This document shows positions 23,001 to 31,866 of a stretch of 40,908 bases of DNA, one piece after another; positions within the stretch are counted from its first letter, which is position 1; every line of letters begins with the position of its first letter. This DNA comes from a virus. The notes beneath the pieces were generated by a model, which saw only the letters and a program-made list of their open reading frames with translations, searched no databases and was not told the DNA's origin. The stretch is from UHGV virus genome UHGV-0188503; one strand, given 5' to 3'. Position numbers and translations under genes: made by a program.

Positions 23001-25899
23001 CAACCACTTCTTCCATGGCTTCGTTATAAGAGAGCTTCTTGCCGTTGTTTGCCTTTTCATACTGGCGCTGTCTACGGAAAATCAGCTCATCGGCGTTCTC
23101 GGATAGGAAGTTGTCAAAAATGAAGTCGCTGTACCGCTCAAAATACCCCGGAGACATCTGCTTTGCCATGTGGATCATTTCATGCGACATCGTGCGGAGC
23201 ATGGCCACGCTGCACACATCCGCCACAGAATCCGCGCCGGCATAAATGTCAATGCCGAATTCTCTCTTGGCAAGGTTATAGTATCCCTGTCTGTTATCAA
23301 GCGTTCCGTCCTCTTTTACGGAAGAGAACACCCGGATCTTATAGCCGAAAATGTCCGAAAGCACGCGCAGTGCCGCCACTTGCTCTTTCTGATTTTCGGT
23401 AAGGTTCTTTTCCTCCACGCCGGATTCAAGAATAACTTTTCCGGAAACAGCCTTCTGCCCCGATTTTTCGGCTTTTTCGGCGGCGCTGTCTACCGCCTTC
23501 TGTTTTGCCTGTGCCGCACTCTCAGAAGCTTCCCGCGCCTTTTTTGCGAACATATTGATCAGTTCATCCGGCATGGTTAAAGTGGCGCTGGTGTTTTTGC
23601 GGATCTTTTCAGCGTCCCACCCCAGTTTGCCAAGACCCATGACGATCTTCATCTCGTTGTCATATCTTGCCGGATTCATGCCTTTTTTGTCCTTCACAAA
23701 GTCATATCCGCTCAAAAAGGCATTCGCGTCTTCTTTGCTGTCAAAAGAAGCGGCATAATAAAGCAGGGCGGCCGTATCTGCATCCACGCCGGCGGCCGTT
23801 GCATTCATCACTTCGCCCGCTTTGTTTCTCACGGTCACTTTACCCGTCTTCCGGTCAATATCGGTCACGACAAGATTTTTATAGTTTTCGGTGCCGCTCT
23901 CATATTCGGAAAGGTCAACGCCGCCGACTTTTTCCAGATATTCACGATAATTTGCGTCTCCGCTTTTTCTGATATTGCTCTGCCCGGCCGCTCCAAGATT
24001 CTCCGCCATGTTCTGTGTCGCGTTTCTAAGGCTCTGCACGGATTTGGATTCGCTGGCGGCTTTTATAACGGATTGGCGCGCCGAAAGATCCGACAGGAGA
24101 TTCTTTGCCGCCGGATAATTCTTTTCGATTTCTTTTTGAGCCGATTTTTCGATTCTGGTCAGTTTCTCGTTGTTTTTTTGCTTGTTGTCAACTTCCCATG
24201 CGTCCACCATTTTCTGAGCGACTTTGGCCGCCGTTTCCGACTTCATGCCGGTCTTTACCAGTCTTTGTTTAAGCTCCGCCGTTACGCTGTCGTTCATGGC
24301 CTTGCTGGCCGAAAGGTCGATTTCCGCACGGAAACGCGCCTTTCCGACTGCCATATCGGTACGGATACCCTCTTTCCCGGAATCAAGCCGTGCGGACGCT
24401 TTTTTGGCCGCACGAAGGGTGTCTTTGCTGTATACATCCGGATTGTCGCGGATGTTTTGAATCATGTCCGCCCGCGCCTTTGTGTCTGCCGAAACATCGG
24501 AGCCCATGGAGCTGTAAATAAAGGGCGTTTTTACGGCTGTTGCTCCGCCGCTCATCACGCCGCCTGCCACTGCGCCGCCTAAAAAAGCAGTTCCGGCATC
24601 TTTGGCAAACAGCCAAAGGGAACTCTTCACAGCTTCTTTTTCGGAATACCCCTGTGCGATCATGTCATCATAGAGTTTTTCGCTTTCAGACATTACAACG
24701 CCGGTGGTCGAAGAAAAAATACGGTTGATTGCTTCGTCCACGGCATTGTTATTGATCTCTTCCACGCCTTCCATCAGGGCGGAGCGAAGCACATTGGTAA
24801 TAAGCTTTTTCGGTCCTGCGCTCCGCACTATTTTTTCCGTGGGATTGATATACTCGCTTGCTGCCGCAGAAGCGCCGATCAACCAACCGTAAAGCACGGC
24901 CTGTCCGTCCGTCATACCCGCTTCCGAAGCGTCAAGGATTGCGTCAGCCGCCGCCGGAGAGGACATCAAAACCGTGGTAATGGCGTTTGCAATATTAGCG
25001 GCCGCCGTTCCTGCGGCAGGAGCTCCACCGAGAAGACCCCCGGCAAAAGCAAAGTTTACAATGTTGTCTCCCACGCTCATGGCCGTGTTATAAATAAATG
25101 CTCCAACGCCGGACATATCGCTGGAAACAGTTTCGCGGATGAGCGAAGTCCGCCCGGACATTTGATGTGCCGTGCTGTAAGGATTCAGCCCACGCCCTTT
25201 TGCCACATCTACAGTGTCTTGGATAGCAGCAACACCGGCGGATATGCCGGTAACAGGAGCTGCCAGCACCGTTTGTATAGAAGAAAGGACCGGACTTTCT
25301 TCCGCAAAAGATACAGCGTCACCGGTTTTATATCCGGATTGTCTTTCCTGAGCTTTTCTTTTTAATTCAAAATTGTATTTTTCATAGGCTGCTTTGTCCG
25401 TGGATTTAAGATAATCCAGGAGCTGAACTTCATCCCGGCGGTAGAATCCTTCCAGATCGGTATAATATGTATTTGGATCATACAAATTGTTGTGTGTCGT
25501 ATCCAACGCACGCTTTTGGCTGATTTGATTTTGGGATTCATCGTTTTCCGCAAACTTTCCGTCCATGGAATAGTTTTCAAGAAACTTTTTGAATTCATCG
25601 GATTTCAGAATGCTTTCATAGTCTCCGTAATAGGCATTGTATCCCTCGTTATACGCAAAGCGGGACATTCCATTGTTAGCGAGTGCGGCCTTGCGCTTAT
25701 TATAAGCGGCTTTCTGCGCGTCTCTTTGCGCGGCGGCCAGTTTCTTTTGCTCCTCGGCCAGCTGTGCCTCCTGCTCTCTTTTTGCACGTTCTGCGGCAAT
25801 GGCAAGAAGGGTCTGCTGTTCGTGCAGGTCCGCCAGTTGACTGCCGCTTACGCCGCCCCTTGCCGTTTTCCCGTATGTATTTGTTCTGCTGTATCCCAT
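17098..25899 (-). CDS. 2933-aa polyvalent / internal virion (ejection) protein
   Basis: HEMIH zincin motif (23170-23184), two MuF-C-like domains, an ART-like domain, recurrent (K/R)x(A/Y/F)SxR linkers; located after pilot-like and tail genes. Confidence 0.85.
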   Translation of the reverse strand: MGYSRTNTYGKTARGGVSGSQLADLHEQQTLLAIAAERAKREQEAQLAEEQKKLAAAQRDAQKAAYNKRKAALANNGMSRFAYNEGYNAYYGDYESILKSDEFKKFLENYSMDGKFAENDESQNQISQKRALDTTHNNLYDPNTYYTDLEGFYRRDEVQLLDYLKSTDKAAYEKYNFELKRKAQERQSGYKTGDAVSFAEESPVLSSIQTVLAAPVTGISAGVAAIQDTVDVAKGRGLNPYSTAHQMSGRTSLIRETVSSDMSGVGAFIYNTAMSVGDNIVNFAFAGGLLGGAPAAGTAAANIANAITTVLMSSPAAADAILDASEAGMTDGQAVLYGWLIGASAAASEYINPTEKIVRSAGPKKLITNVLRSALMEGVEEINNNAVDEAINRIFSSTTGVVMSESEKLYDDMIAQGYSEKEAVKSSLWLFAKDAGTAFLGGAVAGGVMSGGATAVKTPFIYSSMGSDVSADTKARADMIQNIRDNPDVYSKDTLRAAKKASARLDSGKEGIRTDMAVGKARFRAEIDLSASKAMNDSVTAELKQRLVKTGMKSETAAKVAQKMVDAWEVDNKQKNNEKLTRIEKSAQKEIEKNYPAAKNLLSDLSARQSVIKAASESKSVQSLRNATQNMAENLGAAGQSNIRKSGDANYREYLEKVGGVDLSEYESGTENYKNLVVTDIDRKTGKVTVRNKAGEVMNATAAGVDADTAALLYYAASFDSKEDANAFLSGYDFVKDKKGMNPARYDNEMKIVMGLGKLGWDAEKIRKNTSATLTMPDELINMFAKKAREASESAAQAKQKAVDSAAEKAEKSGQKAVSGKVILESGVEEKNLTENQKEQVAALRVLSDIFGYKIRVFSSVKEDGTLDNRQGYYNLAKREFGIDIYAGADSVADVCSVAMLRTMSHEMIHMAKQMSPGYFERYSDFIFDNFLSENADELIFRRQRQYEKANNGKKLSYNEAMEEVVADASEMFLKGFLGLKVELGNQAGEVRVDMETVTEDLQKPKYKGVLRILGNVIDRMKRKISAFKRAWNGAQAKTEEGKTVSAGDAKAYEQAQQMFNELILRASANYKLLKDGKWEREENQNKASFRNEIRDILEMSDDEAKRRKAEQPYITVLNQTPDVVLNHVKGAKNLPVIIRFDAAYLSARSSGALDGNYHDLGADFTDSLYRVLSDPEAIIRISENRINLIATIENKKGNNSIVSVEMDTVKQIDDKYKAYNLVVTFFQAKDNYARNLIKKATAVEYEKENLSQVNPQLHNSLGIINDRSSKNRVSDSIAKVNTFSEKNSGNFENISEKSEKASIRGGADTKVVHGYTLNKNAVVNEALLEELRIYDPSAEVSADGRITVYHRTSKESAAEIRKTGIMKANEDALFFSSKREGYASDYGDTVLTLKIPSTQLRVNDIFEGEVHFDMPLKRSANGWSANVKSFLADNTANPDMRYSTRSNEEDVKTAEEYFGTTYNVREAGYILLDGKMLDFSGRKDGSPGGYRTVDHRDIWDAFDGNYGESGSDAMVQFMQAGNIRVMPESGGINLSVKPNAAQTTALERYISRFNGEVVLDFDNKNGDTVASAEYKRFTSAKRILSDINAFFDEGIEPTGNVDIRYSERIPEEAAKYAKDFSDDVGEWYKKGMAAGADFSLGYTGDVLQGLGAMENEIYMKGDKIKTILNEHPEMTISEIQKIPQILSDPVLILKSWNNGGGGKINSRLVIFGSVKAQNGLPILSVLDLRPVENHLVIDDMQKVVSAYTKDYGKIKPIKSSEVLYVDKKRATRLLRSIGFQMPIELKRSGSIGSITYSKRNVNIFGKKFYEVFDIAGENTEKFSSRTFADSLTEPTKYQTRDGSATDYVTSRLALAEAFEQIATNQRERNWAARYRERAEELAGYNTRLRELWKDYFTKGHSAAERAEIRTQIRSLTQKIQTADGGLTQFVNAKPLAAYVTRVQNEVARQERENSRAKLAEFRKSENALVRSILEEHRQKLAQRRAAGERQNVIDKMVRLSGKFLSMLEHPAEGSAKHFNAGIVRSALEVLDTLGNGDIDLQRKMEERAAKIAKIEAEMENLATGENAEEPRVLDHIEELRGQKQRLETYLIGNTQNANALKEKLAELRERYESDDFKNTGEYDETISQMLKYLREEIAGKPVSELTTEQLQKAYDIMKAIYKTSTDANKLIGSKFRESVEELSHDFIGDMEKSGHKNRKYIDPYFVMQLRPRTFFSYLSGGKGEGSAAVKLYNMLNDGQTQMLTIKRDAYLLFSDLINGKQNRENIDNMAEMVDIGLKDRNGKKVEISRGMMITLYMHLQNEQNAAHFMMGGLTVPNMKAYYKGDYDGAFRSGTDRRVYGLANAVFQLQEQLETTRADLEAARALKNNKLAAELEGRISGLESSLATAKAEMMVKAKELSDQIEKKFTAYERRYVEAAKAFFWEFSGDTLNKTAMERYGFNRFTVKNYFPIQTDTRYLMSAKADMATFSKNFSLEAMGMAKDRVGATNPLLLLDISAIVDRHINDVSLYAGFVQAVHNFNKVYNFTDKNYQKSLKAEINDYFGASATKYIDKLLLDIAGARRQEPNVLDKFRSNYAGAVLAVNAGVTLKQAASLPTAAAVLGWKNMGTATARFAKDWASKKNWRETFETIQKYTPLLWYRQRGYMDADIGDIYRGKSISDTVTGKVPWLMNWITAMDAHTVGSLWYACEENVKDSNKALQVGSEEYYKEVAKLFNQVTYDTQPNYTVMQRPDILRNPNALVRALFMFKTQIMQNFNILAEACMEYGYARKNFEKGSAEMRAAKVKLSRAITSQLVAALIIALIDGTRKLIRRNLMGLGKEIEITHIPLEYANAFMSSLFGTFTGGTEIYEMVYSIVSGDRYYGFGDVDAIGVPADIATEIVNISKSAINGNFEWQDLEGFAGKLARAFGLPIENILKILKGLYNISMKIIER
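20492..20598 (+). ncRNA. Candidate hairpin small RNA (about 20527-20598) with own promoter, antisense within MuF-C-like domain 2
   Basis: TTGACA-N17-TATACT (20492-20520); AGAGCCACT/AGTGGCTCT, CGTTT/AAACG and CGATAGGC/GCCTATTG stems; T7 tract. Confidence 0.6.
22055..22160 (+). ncRNA. Candidate hairpin small RNA (about 22090-22160) with own promoter, antisense within MuF-C-like domain 1
   Basis: TTGACT-N17-TACTCT (22055-22083); AGAAGATCTGTCG/CGACAGATTTTCT, TTAAT/ATTAA and CCCAAC/GTTGGG stems; T tract. Confidence 0.55.
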
Positions 25900-25911
25900 A
25901 GCAGCCTCCTT

Positions 25912-26634
25912 TTATCCTTCCGGAACGAATTCTTCTTCTCCGCTGAGTTCTCTTTTTTGTCTCTTGATCTCTTCTTGCGTGTATAACCCCGCCTTTTTGC
26001 GGTATTCCTCTATCACATCGGCCGCTTCTGCCGCTGTAATATACCCGCTGTCGGCCAGTGTGTTCAGGTAGTCCTCAATGTTGGCCACCGCCTGCATTTT
26101 GTCACCGGATTTTTTGTACATCTCCTTGACATTTTTGATGATTGTTTTCCCATCCTCGCCTGCGATTTTACCTTTAAGACCGATATAATTTTTTGCAAAT
26201 TTTTGCTTATATTCCTCTATGGCGGCCTCATAATCCGTCAGTTGCTGTTGCGTACTGGCCATGTTTGCTGCCGCTACCGTATAGTTTGCGGCCAGCTTTT
26301 CTCCCTCTTCGTCATAACGGGATTTTGCAATGGAATAAAGCTGTGGGTAAAGCTCTGCAAAATTGCGCGCATACTGGTTTTGAACCTGCTGCCCGGCTTG
26401 CTGTGCATAGGAATTTCCGTACCCGCCGCTTCTTGATTGTACCTGCGCAACCGTTTCCTTCATGGCCTGTTCTCCCTGGCGCATATAGTTATCCCGGTAC
26501 ATCTGAGAAAGTTGGTCTTTGTTCACATCGAAAGAGAAAGCAGGTCTTTCTGTATATGCCTTTCCTGCCGATTCTACAGACTTTTGCTGTTCTGCAAGTC
26601 TTTTTTTGAGAGCTTCATATTCTTCGTTGGTCAT
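25912..26634 (-). CDS. Internal virion / pilot-like protein (putative)
   Basis: Q/A-rich helical sequence with SRSGGYGNSYAQQAGQQ; precedes the giant protein. Confidence 0.65.
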   Translation of the reverse strand: MTNEEYEALKKRLAEQQKSVESAGKAYTERPAFSFDVNKDQLSQMYRDNYMRQGEQAMKETVAQVQSRSGGYGNSYAQQAGQQVQNQYARNFAELYPQLYSIAKSRYDEEGEKLAANYTVAAANMASTQQQLTDYEAAIEEYKQKFAKNYIGLKGKIAGEDGKTIIKNVKEMYKKSGDKMQAVANIEDYLNTLADSGYITAAEAADVIEEYRKKAGLYTQEEIKRQKRELSGEEEFVPEG

Positions 26635-26762
26635 CTCTTTTTTTCCTCCGAATTAAATTTCATGTTGAGTTGTTCGCATAACTGCACCAGCCATCTCTCC
26701 AGCTGAGAAAGCTTCTGCTCTGCCGTTCCGGTCAGTCGCGGCGGGGAAAGGTTCACTTTCAT
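26631..26762 (-). CDS. 43-aa small virion protein (not in ORF track)
   Basis: MKVNLSPPRLTGTAEQKLSQLERWLVQLCEQLNMKFNSEEKKR; overlaps the upstream stop and the downstream start (ATGA). Confidence 0.65.
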   Translation of the reverse strand: MKVNLSPPRLTGTAEQKLSQLERWLVQLCEQLNMKFNSEEKKR

Positions 26763-28918
26763 CATTCGTCACTCCCTTGCTCCAGTATTTTGGCGATAGA
26801 ATAAAGGCGGAAATTACCTTGTCCTTCAATTCTGAATTTCATGTGGTCACAACGCCGTGGAACAATCGGGAATGTCACGGAACGGACAACGCCGGTGCCC
26901 GATACTCGGCCTTTGTTGATCCAGTTGCCGTCCGAATCGTACATGATCCAAACATCCACCTGCGCGCCGAGACTGACCGAAAGCCTTAGATTGAAGCGGG
27001 AGATATATTTGTTATCCGGCATGGAATATCCGATGTTCCCGCTTTCCAAGATCGTGCGAAAATCCTTTTCTTCGGTATATCCGGTTTCAGACGGGCTTCC
27101 GATGCAACAAACCTCACCGGCCTTTCCTTCGTTGTTCCAGCCGTACAGAGATCCGGCGCATTGTGCCGTACCGGTAAAGCGTGTGTTGTCCTCTCTCATC
27201 CACAGTCCGGTGCGCGTGTCGTAACAAAAAAGATGCCAGTTCCCGGCGCTGTCTTGCATGCTGATATAATAAAATCTGTCTTCTGCCGAACCCGCCACGG
27301 CGTTGGTATATCTGACACCGCCGAAATCATCCGAAATCAGCGAGAAGGTAGATCCGTCAAAGGAATAAACGCCGTTCTTGCCTTTGTAGTAAAGCAATCC
27401 GCCCACCGCACAAAGGGATTTTTCGCTTCCTTCTTCCACACCCGGCGCGTCAATTTTAAGAATCTCATAGTTGCTCGGATAGTCCCCATACACCTTATAG
27501 ATAACATCCTCCTTAAAGAAGAATGGATAACCTCCATAAGAGATGCAGGCCGTGAACTTTCCGTCCGTTCCTACCGTTGCGCTGTATGACCCGCCGTCTG
27601 TCTCCTCAAAGCTGGAAAAGCTGAAACCGCCCAATTCGGAAGCCGAGATCTCATTGACAAAAACGCCGCTCTTTTTCCCTCTGATAGCGCCCCAGATCCG
27701 GTTGTTGTGTTCGCAATAACAACTCATGGCTTCTTTCAGATCCGAAGGACGGACGGTCAGTGTTTGTCCGGGGCACGAAATATACGGAATTTCCGGACAC
27801 TTGTCAACTTTGAAATAGTAACGGCTGTGATGCACATCCGAACTATCTTTATAGTTTTCGCATTTCACCAGCTGCGCTTTTGCCGAATTCAGGTTTTTCA
27901 GAAATTCGAATGCCGGTCCGTCCTCTACATGGAAATCAACAATCCCTGAATCCTGTTGGATTGTAATATCTTCCTTTTTTGATACAAGCAGATAGGCCTG
28001 TACTTCACTGTTTCCGCGATACAGCGTTCCGTTGAAAATCCGGTATGTGCTGCTGATTGTGGAAGTGGTGCCGTCATAAATGACGATTTCAAAATATTGC
28101 TTCTCATAACTAAATACTTGACCGTCCTCCCTCACATATAGTGCGTATGTCAGTGTGGCAGTTCCTTCTTGTACAAATTCAATTTCTCCGGTACTTGCAT
28201 TTACAGTTGCGCACCCGGCAGGATTGGCGTTATCTATTCTCCATTCGACTGTATCCGGTGCACTCGCATTTCCGAATTTTTTAATCTCTGACGCATATCC
28301 ATAAGAAAGAAGTTTTTCTCCTACTTTTTCTGTCGTGCCTTTTTTACCTGTTACACGGCTTCTTTCGTAAATTGTGGATTTTCCGGGCAGATAACTTCCG
28401 TCATAGCTTGATTTAACTTCTACAAAGTCGCCGGAATCGTTTTTTACGCAAACGGAATATGTTAGAATAGCGCCTTTGTAATTCAGGTTAATATGCTGCG
28501 CTTTAAACCGTCCTTTTTCTGTCGGGTCGGCCGTGTTGAAGTAACATCCGTCCGGATAGACGGCAATATACGCGCCCATGCCGACCATGGTTCTTTCATC
28601 GTTGTTTTCAGACAGTCCGATGTCATAGTCCTGCCCGTTATAGTGCAGTTTCGGCGCGGCCGCGTCTACCCCTGTCAGATTGGCAGAAGCCAAAATATAA
28701 CAAAGACCGTCTCCCCGTCCGACCATTCCGAGAATCTTTTTTCCGTATTGCTTTTTATGTCGCTTCCCCCGGTTTGCGGCAACCGGAGCAAAACGCGCGG
28801 TGGCGTTTAGCGTGTCGTACCATTCTCCGTCTGAAATGGTCAGGTTGTGGTTATATCCGAGAAATTGATCCGTCATGATCCTTGTCTGTTCCGGTACATT
28901 CAGGTATGGCAGCTTCAT
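26762..28918 (-). CDS. Tail nozzle / stabilisation protein (P22 gp10 / tail tubular B-like)
   Basis: Beta-propeller-type repeats (FFKED.IYKVYG, YYKG..GVYSFDG); start overlaps the adaptor stop (ATGA). Confidence 0.72.
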   Translation of the reverse strand: MKLPYLNVPEQTRIMTDQFLGYNHNLTISDGEWYDTLNATARFAPVAANRGKRHKKQYGKKILGMVGRGDGLCYILASANLTGVDAAAPKLHYNGQDYDIGLSENNDERTMVGMGAYIAVYPDGCYFNTADPTEKGRFKAQHINLNYKGAILTYSVCVKNDSGDFVEVKSSYDGSYLPGKSTIYERSRVTGKKGTTEKVGEKLLSYGYASEIKKFGNASAPDTVEWRIDNANPAGCATVNASTGEIEFVQEGTATLTYALYVREDGQVFSYEKQYFEIVIYDGTTSTISSTYRIFNGTLYRGNSEVQAYLLVSKKEDITIQQDSGIVDFHVEDGPAFEFLKNLNSAKAQLVKCENYKDSSDVHHSRYYFKVDKCPEIPYISCPGQTLTVRPSDLKEAMSCYCEHNNRIWGAIRGKKSGVFVNEISASELGGFSFSSFEETDGGSYSATVGTDGKFTACISYGGYPFFFKEDVIYKVYGDYPSNYEILKIDAPGVEEGSEKSLCAVGGLLYYKGKNGVYSFDGSTFSLISDDFGGVRYTNAVAGSAEDRFYYISMQDSAGNWHLFCYDTRTGLWMREDNTRFTGTAQCAGSLYGWNNEGKAGEVCCIGSPSETGYTEEKDFRTILESGNIGYSMPDNKYISRFNLRLSVSLGAQVDVWIMYDSDGNWINKGRVSGTGVVRSVTFPIVPRRCDHMKFRIEGQGNFRLYSIAKILEQGSDE

Positions 28919-29310
28919 TCTCTTGCCCCCCCAAACCTTGGCCGCCATTTTCCGGTCTGCCTGTGCGAGCGGAAATACCACGCGCGGAATTCCTCATACT
29001 GCGTGTTGAAAAGGCTCACGGCGGCGTTATATTTTGACATCTCCGCATTGTGATAATGAATCTTTGTTTCCAGGTAATGCGTATATATTCCCAAAAATTC
29101 GTCCGGCAGGATCAGAATGATTTTTTCACCGTTTTCCGGGTTGTATCGGCCGATTTCCCGCCGGAATCCGTCATTTAGTTCCTCACGCGCAAGAATGATC
29201 TCCCGGAGTATTTTCCGGTCTATTTCTTCAACCCACGCGGCTTTCAGGGCCGTTTCGTATTGATTCGGCGTTTCATCGTCTACCCGCGCGAGTATTTCAT
29301 TCAAAGTCAT
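28915..29310 (-). CDS. Head-tail adaptor protein (putative)
   Basis: MTLNEILARVD...IYTHYLETKIHY; position after the capsid; AGGAGG RBS. Confidence 0.7.
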   Translation of the reverse strand: MTLNEILARVDDETPNQYETALKAAWVEEIDRKILREIILAREELNDGFRREIGRYNPENGEKIILILPDEFLGIYTHYLETKIHYHNAEMSKYNAAVSLFNTQYEEFRAWYFRSHRQTGKWRPRFGGARE

Positions 29311-29327
29311 ATGTGCTCCTCCTTTTC

Positions 29328-29362
29328 AAAAACGGAGAAACCGCGCGGGCCTCTCCGTTTTT
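29328..29362. terminator. Hairpin terminator after the head genes
   Basis: AAAAACGGAGA...TCTCCGTTTTT. Confidence 0.6.
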
Positions 29363-29375
29363 GTATTTACCTTTA

Positions 29376-29669
29376 TCAGCGGAATTCTCTTCCTCTTTTT
29401 TGAAACTCTTCTTGTTCTTTCCGCTGTCGTTTTAACGCATCCATCTTGGATTTCTGGATATCCTCCACCTGCGCCTTGATATAATCCGGCACCTCATACG
29501 GCACCCCGCGCGGGATCAGGTAGTTTTCGCCGTTCACACCGCAATAAAATGCTTCCAGCCCATCTTCCGTTGGTTCTTCCGGAATGACGATAGTCACATA
29601 CTTCACGCCGGGCTTTTTTACGCGGCCGTCTGCGGTGTACTCCACTTTTGATTCTGCTTTTTCAGTCAT
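29376..29669 (-). CDS. Small protein following the capsid gene
   Basis: GVNGENYLIPRGVPYEVP; RBS AAGGAG. Confidence 0.7.
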   Translation of the reverse strand: MTEKAESKVEYTADGRVKKPGVKYVTIVIPEEPTEDGLEAFYCGVNGENYLIPRGVPYEVPDYIKAQVEDIQKSKMDALKRQRKEQEEFQKRGREFR

Positions 29670-29713
29670 GATTTTCTCCTTTTCGGCGGGGCGATATGCC
29701 CCGCCTTATGTTT

Positions 29714-30784
29714 TTAGTTACCGGCCGTAATGTTGCCGGAATAACTGGACACGCATTCAATGCGGGTGATATATTCCGGAACCAAAACGACATCGGCATT
29801 GGTCGCTTTCCAGCCCACCGTAGAGCGCTGATCAAGCGGGTCTTCGCCAGCACCGAGCGGCTTGAGAATGGTCTTCAGTCCGCCGTCCGTAAGATCGGTT
29901 GTTGCATAGGCTCCCTTGCCAAAGCATGCGCAGCAGTAAACGCCCAGCGTGGCAGGTGCGGCCGCTCCGGTGGAATCAGGACCGATGATTTTCGCCTCGG
30001 ACGATTCGATGATCCGGAAACCTGCAATCTGACCCACCTCGTTGCTGTAGATATTTTTTGTGTCCTGGTACTGATGCGGTTTCTTCCATTCCTCGTCATC
30101 CATCAGGTCGCGGGTCACATCCGGATGCATGATGCAGATGTAGAATCCGTCAAACTTCGGGGTGTTGTTACGCCGAAGCTCGGCATAAGCGTCTTTGAGG
30201 ATCTTCACGCTGATCTTGCTGTCGGCGGCAAGGTCTTTGCGCGCGGTTACGGCGGTCACGACATTGCTGACCACCTTGCTGGGGAAATGGACCGTTCCGG
30301 AAGCACATACCACATCACGGGTCAGCGCATCCAGAGACCGGGCGGCCTGAGATGCCATTGCCCGGTTCGCTTCGACCACAATCGGGTCAATGTGCGTCAT
30401 GGATACCATATCGTCAAGTGCGATATAGTCGCCGTACTGTTTCACGGTCGCGGTGATTGCGCTCTGAGACAGTTTCGTGCCGGCAGGCGTCACGCCTTCC
30501 TTGAGCGCCGTGGTGTTTTTCTCGATGGTGCCAAAACGGCGGAACTGAATGGTTTTGCCGTTGTTGGCAGGAATCTTTTTCTTTTCCGCGAACTGACGGT
30601 AGACCAGTTCGGGCTCTGCCAGCCGGATGAGGTCTTTGGAGTAAAATGTTACCATACCCTCCGAAAGACCGTTACCGGCCGTATACTCCGTTTTGGTGGT
30701 GCCTGTCAGGTTCTGGTACTGCGTGGTGGTGTGCACATTGTCATAAGCGGCAAAGCGCTGCAGATCGATAAAAAGGTTTTTCAT
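29714..30784 (-). CDS. Major capsid protein, N4-gp56 family
   Basis: IPANNGKTIQFRRF, LKEGVTP, QYGDYI, DPLDQRSTVGWK; N-terminal DLQRF|A Prp motif. Confidence 0.92.
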   Translation of the reverse strand: MKNLFIDLQRFAAYDNVHTTTQYQNLTGTTKTEYTAGNGLSEGMVTFYSKDLIRLAEPELVYRQFAEKKKIPANNGKTIQFRRFGTIEKNTTALKEGVTPAGTKLSQSAITATVKQYGDYIALDDMVSMTHIDPIVVEANRAMASQAARSLDALTRDVVCASGTVHFPSKVVSNVVTAVTARKDLAADSKISVKILKDAYAELRRNNTPKFDGFYICIMHPDVTRDLMDDEEWKKPHQYQDTKNIYSNEVGQIAGFRIIESSEAKIIGPDSTGAAAPATLGVYCCACFGKGAYATTDLTDGGLKTILKPLGAGEDPLDQRSTVGWKATNADVVLVPEYITRIECVSSYSGNITAGN

Positions 30785-30835
30785 TGGTTTTCCCTCCATA
30801 AAAATTTAAAATTTGAATTTTTATGCGGGAAGAAA

Positions 30836-31792
30836 TCAGAAACGGATTTTCTCCCCGCGTTCTGCGCGGGCAATGATTTCATCAATGTCCGCATCGGTGA
30901 GGGAATTCACATCGTTCTTGATACGAGCGGCCGGGGCTGTCCGCGCGCCGGTTTCGGCCGGTCTGCCGCTTCCCGCCGCGATTTTACGCGCCGTTTGCTG
31001 TTCAGCCATCTGCGTGGCCATCTGGATGGTCGCGTTTCGGATCTCGTCTGCGTGCACCTTATAAAAGGCATCCGTAAGACTGTAACCCGGAAGGCGTAAC
31101 AAACGGTCGATTTCCGGATTTGCCATTTCCGCGTTAAGATCAAAACTGGGGAAGATTTTTTTCAGCCCTTCCGATTCCTCGATAAATGACTGATACATTC
31201 TTTCCGTGCGTTCTTCTTCCGCTCTTTTGGCAATCTCGCCGGACATCTGACGGTTCTGCCGCTCTAAGTCTTTCATGTGCATATAATCGTTTACATTCAT
31301 GCCTCGCGCGTCCGCTTCGGCTTCGTACAGCGATTTGTCACCCGAAATGGCTTTGGACAGTCCGTCAATGTCATCAAGATCGGTGATTCCGTATTTTTCC
31401 GCAATCGGGGAAACAGCCGCCTTCAGCTTGTCCAGCCGGTCTTTTTCGGCTTTAGAGCTTTTCAGCCGGGACTTGACCGTGTCCTGCACACGCTTTGCAT
31501 ACTGCTCTTTGTATTTGCCGTTAATGAGTTGCTCAAACTCACTCGACAAATCCGGTGCGGGTTTTTCCTTTACCGCTTCCCCTGCGGCTTTTTCACCGGT
31601 AGCGACTCCGGTCTCCTCCTCCTGCACGCCGTATTTTACGGCGCTCAGATCCTCGCTTCCGGCATCGTCCTGCCGGATTCCGGTGTCATCTGCTGCGGCG
31701 GAGTAGGTTTCGCCCCCGCCATCTCCTTCGCCCTCACCAAAGCGTTGGAGATCCATCAGATCATCCGGAGTGGGATAAATGTTTTTGATCAT
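30836..31792 (-). CDS. Scaffold protein
   Basis: Acidic and helical; between the protease and capsid genes; N-terminal DLQRF|G motif. Confidence 0.8.
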   Translation of the reverse strand: MIKNIYPTPDDLMDLQRFGEGEGDGGGETYSAAADDTGIRQDDAGSEDLSAVKYGVQEEETGVATGEKAAGEAVKEKPAPDLSSEFEQLINGKYKEQYAKRVQDTVKSRLKSSKAEKDRLDKLKAAVSPIAEKYGITDLDDIDGLSKAISGDKSLYEAEADARGMNVNDYMHMKDLERQNRQMSGEIAKRAEEERTERMYQSFIEESEGLKKIFPSFDLNAEMANPEIDRLLRLPGYSLTDAFYKVHADEIRNATIQMATQMAEQQTARKIAAGSGRPAETGARTAPAARIKNDVNSLTDADIDEIIARAERGEKIRF

Positions 31793-31866
31793 ACAGACCC
31801 TCCTTTTTTTCTGTCGGATTTATTACGCGGTGACGGGCCGCAATCAGTGTGTCTGCTGATGTTACG

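Noticed and set aside
29685..29705. Intrinsic terminator after the capsid gene
   Set aside because: Good 8-bp stem but followed by GAAAAGGAG rather than a T tract on the coding strand; more likely an mRNA-stabilising hairpin.
29696..31099. Long + strand ORFs (also 17860-19143, 19174-20349, 20674-21708, 33136-34164, 9420-10358)
   Set aside because: Antisense shadows of well-supported minus-strand genes, with no protein motifs.
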